Assembly: GCF_021869535.1 (NCBI RefSeq)
Contig: NW_026262690.1
Location: 112,220,001-112,284,000 of the forward strand
Length of the DNA: 64,000 bases
From: Mytilus californianus
Taxonomy: Eukaryota
Reading direction: 5' to 3'
Shown piece by piece: positions 25,801-37,800 of this stretch; position 1 is the first letter of the stretch; each line of letters opens with the position of its first letter. Under the pieces are notes generated by a model. That model was given only the letters and a program-made list of their open reading frames with translations, did not search any database and was not told the origin of the DNA. A program made the translations under genes and the position numbers.

Positions 25801-28800
25801 ATTTGTAGTTGGTAATGCTTTAAAGTATACTATATACAATACTTCTGAGATTGACCGTTGAGTGAAACAAATACAGGGGAAATTGGCCTTACCTCTTTAC
25901 ATCGACTTTCCCTTGTAATAAATAACCAGTATTTCTGAATGAAGAATTTTCCACACGAATAAAAAACTTTTACATGAAGGCTTTTTCCTCATGATCAAAT
26001 ACCCTTTTATGAAGGCGTTTTCATCTATAATGAAGAACCTTCCACAAAGGCGTTCCCTATAATGAAGTTCCTTACATAAACGCGTTCCCCCATGTAATGA
26101 AGTACCTTAAACAAAGGCGTTCTCCCTGTAATGAAGTACCTCGCAAGAAGATATTCAACCTATAATGAAGTACCTTATATGAAAGCGTTCCCCTATAATG
26201 AAGTACCTTCCATGAAGGCGTTTTCCCTGTAATGAGGTACCTTACATAAAAACGTTCTCCCTATAATGAAATACCTTGCATGAAAGCGTTCTCCCTGTAA
26301 TGAAGTACCTTACATGAAGACGTTCAACCTATAAGGAAGTACCTTACATGAAAGCGTTCCCCTGTAATGAAGTACCTTCCATGAAGGCATTCTTCCTGTA
26401 ATGACGAACCTTGCTTGAGGGCGTTCCGCCTGTAATGAAGTAACTTACACGAAAACGTTCCCCTGTGATTAAGTACCTCACATGAAGGCTTCCACCTGTA
26501 ATGAAGTACCTTACATGAAGGCGTTCAACCTGTACTAAAGTAGCTTACATGAAAGCGTCCCCCTGTAATGAAGTGCGTTACATGAAGGCATTCCATTTGT
26601 AATGAAGTACCTTACATGAAGACTTCCACCCTGTAATGTAGTTGCTTACTTGAAGACGTTCCCCTGTAATGAAATACCTTACATGAAGACTTCCACCCTG
26701 TAATGAGTTCCTTACTTAAAGACGTTCCCCCTGTAACGAAGTAACTTACTTGAAGGCGTCCCCATGTAATGAAGTACATTACACGAAGGCATACACCTGT
26801 AATGAAGAACATTACTTGAAGGCGTTCCGCTTGTAATAAAGTACCTTACTTGAAGGCGTTCTCCTCTGTAAAGAAGTACCTTATATGAAGACTTTCCCCC
26901 TGTTACATGACGTTCTTTACATGAAGACATTTCTCCTGCAATGAAGTACCTTACATGAGGACTTCCTGTAATGAAGTACCTCACATGAAGACTTTCTCCC
27001 TGTTACATGACGTACTTTACATGGACTTTCCCCCTGTTACATGAAGTATTTTACATGAAGGCTTCCCCCTGTAATGAAATAGCTTACATGAAGACTTTCC
27101 CCCTGTTACATGACGTACTTTTCATGAAGACTGTCCCCTTGTTACATGACGTACTTTACATGAAGGCTTTCCCCATGTTACAAATGTACATGACGTACTT
27201 TACATGAAGACTTTCCCCCTGTTACATGACGTACTTTACATGAAGACATGCCTCCTGTTATGAAGTACCTTACATAAAGACTTTCCCCCTGTTACATGAC
27301 GTTCTTTACATGAAGACATTCCTCCTGTAATGAAGTACCTTACTTGAAGACTTCCTGTAATGAGGTACCTTACATGAAGACTTTCTCCCTGTTACAAAAC
27401 GTACTTTACATGAAGACTTTCCCCATTTTACATGACGTATTTTACATGAAGGCTTTCTCCTGTAATGAAATACCTTACATGAAGACTTTCCCCCTGGCAC
27501 ATGACGTACTTTACATGAAGACTTCCCCCCTGTTACATGACGTACTTTACATGAAGACGTTCCCCCTGTTACATGACGTACTTTACATGAAGACTTTCCC
27601 CCTGTTACATGACGTACTTTACATGAAGACTTTCCCACTGTTACAAATGTACATGACGTGCTTTACATGAAGACTTCCCACTATTAAATGACGTACTTTA
27701 CATGAAGACTTTCCCCCTGTTCTATGACGTACTTTACATGAAGGCTTTCTCCCTGTTACATGACGTACTTTACATGAAGACTTTCCCCCTGTTACATGAC
27801 GTACTTTACAAGAATGCTTCCTCTGTAATAAAGAACATTTTATAAGGCTTTCATTCATGTAATGAATTACCTAACATGAATGATTTTCTCTGGAATGAAG
27901 CACCTTTACATGTAATATGATGGCTTTCTCCTTAAATAAAGCACCTCGCATGAAGGTCTTTTCTAAGTGAAGAGTTCCTTTGCATTTAATTCCCCATGTG
28001 AAGCCTTACTATAAGATATTTTCCCCGTTATGAATTACACTGTACCTTGCATTAAGGATTTCAACTATGATGAAGTTCCTTTACATTAAGGTGTTCCCCT
28101 ATAATGAAGTACCTTCACACGAAGGTGTTCCCCTATAATGAAGTACCTTTACACGAAGGCTTTTTTCCCTGTAATGAAGTACCTTTACATTAATGTGTTC
28201 CCCTATAATGAAGTACCTTTACACGAAGGCTTTTTTCCCTGTAATGAAGTACCAGAAATTGGTTTTCCTTCTTTGGTTACACACCAACAATAATTTGTAG
28301 CTGCATGACACTGAACGTCAACATAAGACCCATCTTTCTTACATTCTGGTATAAAAATCCCAGCTGTTGGCCGCCTGGCTATTTTTTGGGCTTCAGTTCT
28401 TTCTTGCTGACATTTTGTAGAACTTTTAGATCCTGAAAGTAACAGATTCTTTAGCCAAAATGAATTATTTACAAAGAAATAATTTATGCAAAAATAGTCA
28501 ATTTTTATACGATTTTCATCAATTTGATGAATTCAGGTACTCCAGGATCAAAACATTCAATCTGTATAACAATAAGAAGATGTGGTATGATCCACCAAAG
28601 AGATAGCTATCCACCAAAGTTCAAATGAAGTGGAAGTAAGCAATTATATTCAACTATAAGGCCTTCAACAATGAGAAAAACCTGGCTCTTTCTTGTTAAA
28701 TATAATCATTTGCTTTATTTCAGAGTAATTTTCATCGCTTGTCATATATGAAGTACTAGATTGACAATTTATTTCAGTGAAATAGTTTTTGTTTATACAT

Positions 28801-31800
28801 TTTTTTAGATTTATATATATTATCCTTTTTTTTTTATCTGAGTACTTATTTAAGAGAGTTTGTCCTTGTACTCGTACATCAATAGTTTCCAAATGCTTTA
28901 AAGAATTTTTAAAATCATACTGTTTTAATGTTTCTTTCTTGTTAGTGCATTTTTGTTTAAAATCCATTAATCTTCTGTTTAATAAACTAAATTTCGTTTC
29001 ATCTTTTTTCGATTATTTTCTTCTCATGAAAACAGACTTAACCAGGCTTAAATTGTGTATTATAATATGTATGATTGTTCCATTTTAACAGACAAATAAA
29101 AGAATGTGTCGTAAATATGTAAACACGAATTTTACCACACCCAACATATGTCTAGTTTAGTGATGAAACCTCGTTATTTGTAAAACGGAAACGAGATATA
29201 CGTCAAATCCGAACTCAACCCGTGTTTAATGTACCACAACCTAATTTAGCCTTGTGTTCCATTTCTATTGGTTTCGTTGAAGCATACTTCAAGTGAATGA
29301 GTTGACATCTCGTACGTGTCTTTTTTTCTTTTCACGTAGAAGCTTACGTTGTTCTTTTCACGTAGACGCTTACTTTGTAAAAAAAAATGGCAGAAGATAC
29401 CAAGTCGACGTACAAAACGCATAAGTCGAAGAGAAACTGACAATGACATGAAACTACAAATAAAAATGTGAGATATTCGAACTATACTTGTGTTTAGTGG
29501 AAATTCTTGATACATGTGGTATATTAATATTTCAAATGATTTTGTTGAATTATACCAAAGCAACTAATCGAAAACTTAAACATTTGTCAACATTTCTCTT
29601 CTCTACATTGAAAAACATGACTAGGGAACGACATGTGTCAACAAGGTCAAAACATGCCATCTACACAAATTTAACAATTCATAGCTTTGTGGCAGAATGA
29701 TTTCTATGAAGCCTAAAAACAGACACTGAATATTTATATACCTTTCACCTACAGTACTTCTCTGATATTCAATCTCGGGAACTTTTTGTCCAAGTATTTT
29801 TCCACTTGTAGAAATTTAAGAAAGATACACAAAACAATTTCACATTCAGTTATCATGGTTATGTCGTTAACAAAGCATTTCAGTTTAAGAAATGAAATCA
29901 ACACGTTATTAATTGCATGCGTCCGAAGCGCTTTTCTGGATTTACCTTCATCAGGAACGCTCAAAGCTGAATATTTGAAAGCCGAGGATGTATAAAAACC
30001 GAAACAGTTGCAGATATATATGACCAAAAAGTACCTAAACAAATAGCCAAATTCTTCGAAGGTCAACTTTGCCTGAGGGAGTTGAAACCTTTGTTTCTTT
30101 ATAATCTTAGAATTTATGAATGGACAATTTTAGAAAGGTTTGTTATAAATCCAAATAGTACCGAATTACTGACTACTGAGCTTATGATACCCTCGGGGAC
30201 CGATAGTTAAAAGAGTTGCCCTTTGGAATGTTTTCTTTTTCTTACTATAGATCTGTGGCAATTTAAATAGGTGTGATTATTGACAAAAACCACAAGGGAA
30301 GATCTACATGACTCTTTTGAGGAACTTAAGCTGTTGTGTTGCGGTTTCATTTTTTTCCCGAACGTCACTAGAATTGAAGTCATTGTCCTAGTCAAGTTGA
30401 TTGCAAAACGTATCCGGGAAAAGTAGACACGCTGATGCCTTTACTGTTTCCCAGAATCTTAATATTAAAATTTAGAGATGTTTACACAAAACTATTTGAA
30501 ACACGACAAAGTTAGATATATATCTCTGAGGGTTTGATTGGGGATATTCATTTCTATATTCTTTATTTTGTATGCCATTTTCTCAACTCATTAATCTCTA
30601 TTCTTTATATTTGTTTGCCCATATTTCTATGATTTTTATTTTTTACAAATCTTTCTCTATACTGTAAACTTTATCAGCTCCCTCACATATGACCGAATTT
30701 ATATAATGTCAAAATATGAACCTCTATATAAAATATTTAACCTCTCAATAATAATATTTCACAAGAAAATATATAATAAAATATAAATATGAAGACTTAT
30801 TTGCATCTAGTGCATAAACATTTAATAGGTAGTAAACTGGGTGTACATAAGAAATATTGAAAACCTATACAAACCACGAATAACATTGTAAAACACCTAC
30901 TAAATAATATAACTGACAAAATTGATGCTAATGGTTTAAAAATTAATTACAATTACACGATAAAAGTTGTAAAATTTCATGGATTGGTACACTACTTTAC
31001 ATCTTCTGAGTTAAATAGACCATTTAATTCAAACATACTCGAGTCAATAGAAAACATTAGCTGTTAAAATCGTATAAATCAGTTTATACGATTTTTTAAT
31101 CCTAAATCATTGAATACGGTGTTTTGATGGAATGCAGACTGAGACGGTAAAAACTACTTCAATTTGTCAAAATTTGTATACATACAATTTACAAAAACTT
31201 ATCTGCCTAATACACGGTGTATGCCATACATTAGTAACGTGAAAATAAAGGTTACCATACCGACCCTTTTTTTATTCCCGAATGAAATATTGTTATTTCA
31301 AAGTTCCAATCTGTAGTTGAGTTGTATCGTTTTTTTATTCCCGAATGAAATATTGTTATTTCAAAGTTCCAATCTGCAGTTGAGTTGTATCGTTTTTTTA
31401 TTCCCGAATGAAATATTGTTATTTCAAAGTTCCAATCTGTAGTTGAGTTGTATCGTTAACTGTCTGTTACAATGTATGGTATAAAAAATATCACCAAAGA
31501 TACTAGGCTTATAAAACATACGAACGTCCAGTAATAATTCGATGATATAACATTGTTTGGGCCTTTTAAGAGCATTATAATTGATTCTAAGGACGAAACT
31601 CGTTTACATTGCAGTATCAACAAAGAAAGTTTATTCCAATTTTTTGCATTTCCATTATATTCCAGATACATGTACAAAAATGTACGTGTATTCTTAAAGG
31701 CAGACGATACTGAAGAAATCGTACATTGAATTTTACTTGAAATTTTGAATACCTTCACGACTTATGTTTTGCGAAATTTCGATTTATTATTCGCTGTTTG

Positions 31801-34800
31801 AGGTTAAAAAGCTAAAATTTAACATTTTGGATGTACATTACAAGTAACTTAATGAAAAAAAAAAACCGATTAACTTGGATTCGTTATTATCTGTCCTTGT
31901 TCAAATGGTCTATTATACCGTATACCCTTAAATGCAATGTTCTTTAAAAACAATTTTGAAAAATTATTTTAAAAATTATTTGAAATCAGACCACCGACGC
32001 AACCTATTTACTAGTTTATAATCAGAAACATAATGTCTTTTTCACTTGACCTTTGACTTTGAGAAAGCAATCCAATCAATTCAAACGAACGAGAATGATA
32101 GCTGGATATATATTATGCATATGACCACTTGGGTGTCATTCTTTTAACACTGATTTATGTGGAGACGTATTTTCGTATCTTTTTATCTTGGTAAGATGCA
32201 TAGAGGCAAGCCAATTATACTCCAACAGCGTGTGAGGACCTGTTGTAGGGCAGAATTCATAATCCAGTGTTCAAAAATTGCACTTGGGGGCATATGCTCC
32301 CCCCTTTTTTTCTTAATTTGTTTCCTTCTATTTTTTGTGTTAGATAGAATGATAAGGAAAATAAATTGATATAAGTTTAAAACAAAATGGATAAAACATC
32401 TTTAAACATCTATCTTACAATAACTATCGTTGATATATATGTGCTGCCCCTCTACTCTTATTACTGTTATCGTGAGATTGGGGTATACGAAAAAGAAGGG
32501 AAAATATGTTGAAATATAAAAGAAAATTTAGTAAAAAAAAGTTTTTTAACACAAAAAAAAGAAACAAATTAAGATAAAGAGGGGGACCATATGCCCCCAA
32601 ACACCAAACATTTTTTTATTTAATGCAAATGTGCAAATTTCATTTTTTTTTTGCAACAAACGTAAGATATATCACAAGTTTTCAAAGAACATCAGGTTCA
32701 GAAAGCTATCATGGTGAAAGAAAGATACGATAAAACTTCGTACTTTATTTGGCCATGTAACTGCTTTGATTCGAGCGTCACTGATGGGTCATTTGTAGAC
32801 TTAACGCGCGTCTGGCTTACAAAAATATAAGTAACATGTTTTGTCGTCACAGAAGAAGCCTTTCAGAATGATGATAGAATGGTATGACGATATAGTTATG
32901 TGTAGATTTTCTTCTTATGTTTTCCACTGTCAATTTGCTAATTTTACAAGGTGAGGTCATTCTACAAGTATATTTTTTAGGTCAAATGTCTGTAGTCTCT
33001 CCAATTTTTTTTTTCGCGAAAAATACACCCCATAAAATTTAACTTGAGCGAAACCTATCAAAGATTGTTTCATGTAAAAATTATCCTTTTTATGATTTCC
33101 TTTCCTTCCTTTCAGATGATTACCGTATACTACACGTCATATTAAAAGTGGCGAATCCGGGGGGTCCAACCCCCCCCCCTTTTTTTTACGATCAATGCTT
33201 TTGAATGGGGACATATGGTTGGACCCCCCTTTTTAAAAGTGGCTGGATCCGCCTCTGCTTACAGTGCATCATTTAAGGAACAACAAATGATAAATGTATA
33301 TGACTGATTTCTCTAAGTCCAGTGACAACTATTACATATGTGTATACTCAATATATTCTATTTGTCGCTGGACGTTAAACAAATAACAATTAATATATAT
33401 ACTAAGATATCTGTTAAAAGAATGAAGCAAACAGTATTAAGCCACGGGGTTTTATTGCAGTATCCATTAAACACTCGTTAATTAAGCCAGCCCTGGATAT
33501 CGCTTAAAGTTTACCCACTGAACGCTCATTATCCAACCTAATCACGACTGACAAAATCTATCGTTAAATTATTTGGTACATGTATTTTTTATGAAAATAT
33601 AAAAAAAATATAAAACACCTTCTATGCAAACCGAATAAAAATATTGAGGCTCTAGAAAAAAAAGGTTTGACTTACGCTTGTCTCCTTTGTCTGTTTTGGC
33701 GTTTGTTGTTAATAGACAAAACAAAAGTACCATAACTTCTAAGAAATACATTTAAACTTAATCCAATTATACGGTGTCATCCGATTGTCCTCTTCAAGTA
33801 TGAATCAATGTTACTGTCTTATATTCCGAAACGTGCATATATAATAGACAACTAATAATTTAGTCATAAGTTTATATTAATAATTATTATATGTACATTT
33901 CTGCCAAAATCACACTGTGTGAAATCAGCATGTCCTTTAGCTGTTTATAAACGTTGTTGTGCCGCTTACGCATGACAATCCATTTCAATGGGAAATAAAC
34001 ATCATTTCATGCACAATATCAAATGCAAATATGCATGGTCTAACAATTAAAATATTTTGATAAAATTAAGTGTGATTATTTATGAAATGAACATCTGTAG
34101 AAAGGTAAAGATAAATCTGAGTAAGTCGAATAAGATCACGTTCAAGACACGTTAGATCTTTACAAATGTAATTTTACGTCATGAAGATTTATGAACTTGT
34201 TTTATTTTTTACCTTTCAGAATCTGTGGTCTTGTATGAACTGTATGCATCGACCAGGTGTGTGATGAATTTATACCAGATACATTTATAACTACCGAAAA
34301 AAAATTGTTTGCAAGTATTCTTTCGTTTTTTTCAATAAACCCTTAAAGTCTGCAGGCATGATTTATTGACAACCATACTCAGTCTGGTAACATATTAAAA
34401 TTCAGAATTTTGAGACTTAAAACCGTTTCCATATAAGATGTGTGAAATTTTGTCGCTCGGCATAAAAATGCATTTAACATCTGGCGGACTATTGTTCCTT
34501 AGCGGGGGTTTTGAAATGCTCACCTGTGTAAATAGGTATATTTATCGTAAAGTGTTTGTTAACATTTATAAAATCTACATGTCATGTTTGGGTAAATTAA
34601 GTACAATTAATTATGTAAGAATTACAAGATAAATATGTATCATACTGCAATATATAGTATACTGTTCTTTTATATAAAAACAGTGGCTATGACATGGCGC
34701 ATGTTTGCACCTTGTCAAAAGATCAAATTTTGTTCTCTTTGTGTCTTTTGATTACGTTTTTTTTTCATCAAAGTTAAACAAAATTATTAACTGATAATAT

Positions 34801-37800
34801 AACCACAGCATATCATTAGCAGATAATATGAACCTGCACTGAATTCTTGACAAGGTATCATTTTTGTAAAAAAGAAGGCGATAAAGAAGACAAAATAAGG
34901 ACATATGTTTTCAGTTTATGTAAAGAGAACGAGAGAGATGGAAAAATGAGGACATTTATTCAGTTTATGTAAAAAAGAGAAGGAGAGAAATTTCGACTCA
35001 TAACAGACAACCTTCTGACCCTTCAAAGCGTTGTTACAGGAGTCATGTGACTTGTAATTAAGCGTGGCACTCTCCGTACATGCAACTCTAGATTTAGCTT
35101 CCCTACTACTAGGACTGGACCAGCGGAGGAAACTTCAGCGTGTTGACATGACATTTTAGCTTAAATAAATCGGGCTTTTTAGCGCCAAAGTATAGCCCAT
35201 ATAAGCGCCAGATTTTTAACCCATTTCAGCGAAAAGTGAAATTGTCAATGCCGGTCCTTCTTAGCGACAGATGTTTTTCTTTATAGTAGAATAATAAATT
35301 TACTAGCATCAAAACATCACAATATACAAAATGTCATATCCATAAACATACAGCAATAAACTCAAATGTTTAATTTTAAATTTATGTCCAAGTGAACGTA
35401 CGAAATGGTTTTTTGATATATCCCCTGTACAGTGTACTGTTCGTAAAATTGTGATAGGAACTTTTTCCTAATCTTTATCTTATCCAAATAAGGGTGCAGA
35501 TTTATCGATATATCTAATAGTCTTCGCAAAACGTAAATGACTATAGGTGACGTTAGCCACATTTTGCACATTTGTTTCCTCTGCTTGTTTCAACAAAATT
35601 TATTTCCATGATTATTAGCATTATGCCCCCATTAATAGAATAACTGTTAACGGTTTTAGTATGGCGATTTCTATTCAACCTGGTAAGTCATCGCAAAAAT
35701 GGGCTATTGAAAATACAGGTGAACTTATTAGTCTTGCGCTGAAATGGGCTATAAAGCTTGTGCTAAAATGCACCTTAGTGGTTTTTAATTTTTCACTAAA
35801 ATTTCCTGGAAGTGACAGCGTATTTGTACATCCCGTTCAATCGAACGCTAAGTCAGAGCTATTTTTACTCCCGGACCGCAGAAGTCTAAGATGATATAGA
35901 TAAAAGGATATGAGTGGTATACACTAACACACCATATTACTATAACCCATGCAGTCAACCTTTGAAAAAAGTGTGTGATAATATTTTTCAAAAAGGGGGA
36001 AAATCCGAGAGGAAATAATTCATGCAAAAAGATACAAACAAAAGTCACATCTATTGATTACTTAGCTCGCATTTATATTTGGCAAATGATTGTTTTAATC
36101 AATTATTATTTTCTTAAATCACCTATACATGAGACAAAATATTTAAACTTCACAATTATCATGTTAAAGAATTTACAGCTACATGGACTGCTGTTTAGCT
36201 TTAAGTAAATTTCATATGTTACACTTATTTTAAAGTTTTTACTACTTGATACCAAAAAAATTTTTTGAAAAGAGACCACGAGTCATAATATGCAATTCGT
36301 ATGATTAAAATTGATATTTAAAATTCCAATCGGAGTATCATCTTTTGTCTTACTAAAGTAGAAAATGTAACTAAAATATCCTTATTTGGAGATCATAAGG
36401 AAGATCTGGACATAACAAATTAAAAATCCCAGTAATGATGGTTGCATATTCAGGCGTAACGCGGACAACGGCGACGTGAATGACAACACAAGGCAACAGA
36501 GGTGATCATAGCTTCGCTGGCTGGCGACACAGAAGGGCGCGCCCACACATACATGGGTGGTTCTGCCCCTAAATGAACCGTAAAAAATGGAAATAACATG
36601 TTAAAATATAACTGATTTAAACAGTATACCTCCAACTGTGAATTCATTTTTATTCGTAGAATACAAATTTTCGGGGATTTCGTGGGTGTAGTAGATATAC
36701 TAACTTAAATGTTCACTGAAATACAAATTTTTTATATGCTTGTATATTATAGACTTTGGCAAAACCACGAAAATAAATTTTTAATCCTTCCACCAAAAAT
36801 TGATATCCACGAAAATAATTAAATTCACAGCTGTTCAAAAATAGAATGAGTCAAATGTTAATACAATATACATACCTGAACACTTTCCTTTTTTCTGTAT
36901 GCTGACTTGACGTTTTTCGCAACGTTTGGCTTTCGTGAGATCACATTTAGATGCATATGTTATACCGTCTGACCCACATACGGGTCTTCGTTGTTTATTT
37001 GAACATTTAATTTTACAGTCAGAGTCTCTTAATGCCCTAAATAGTACCTGAAAATATAAAAAAAAACTGTTCTGTTATAAAGACTGATTAGATCTTACAT
37101 CTTATGTCTGTGTCGTACGTATACATCGTGTTCCTCGATTACAAGAACTCTAGCAAAGAAATGAATTTAGAAAAAAAATAACATATACGTCATGTGTACC
37201 GCAAATTTGGCGTCTGGTATTGTTTTTTGTTACATAGACCGAATCGGCTACTAATATGTGTGTTTCTACAAATAAAATTTCTTGACAGCGGTACCACTGA
37301 TATAACTATAGTCCGTTAAATGAATATTCCTTCTGGTTACTATATCAATGATGTAAATTAACGTTTAGGTGATAGCAACACAAAGATGGTTGTTATAAAC
37401 AAATATAAACAAAAATTCGTAAGGGTTCCGCGGAACCCAGTGTCTCGCCTACTTTTGCTGTTAATCGCAGGCTCAACAAATATGAATAAAATATTCCTCT
37501 CTATACTATCTTTTGATTGTAAGTAGCTTCTGTCCAAGATTGGTAAAAATCCTGGATAGTTTATGAATCTAATAAATGTTTTAAAAACTTAAACTGCAGA
37601 CTGTATGTAATGTTAACTGGAAGAAAAACTAAGTCCATTTATAAGTAAAATACGGAAAAAATGGAACAAAATTTTTAAAAATTTCCTTCTAGATACTAGC
37701 TTTTAATCATAAACAAGCTTCTGTCCATGTTTGGTACAAATCCAGGATAGTTTAAGAAAGTTATTAAAATTTGAAAAACTTTAACCACAGAGTGAATGTA

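Noticed and set aside
25950-28253. CRISPR-like 33-36 bp periodicity and ORFs 26612..27858
   Set aside because: Units are contiguous with no unique spacers, no cas genes are present and the context is eukaryotic; the ORFs are translations of the repeat on both strands.
28665-29010. About 100-aa Lys/Asn-rich minus-strand ORF
   Set aside because: No recognisable motif or splice context; composition fits AT-rich noise, though a decayed TE cannot be excluded without BLAST.
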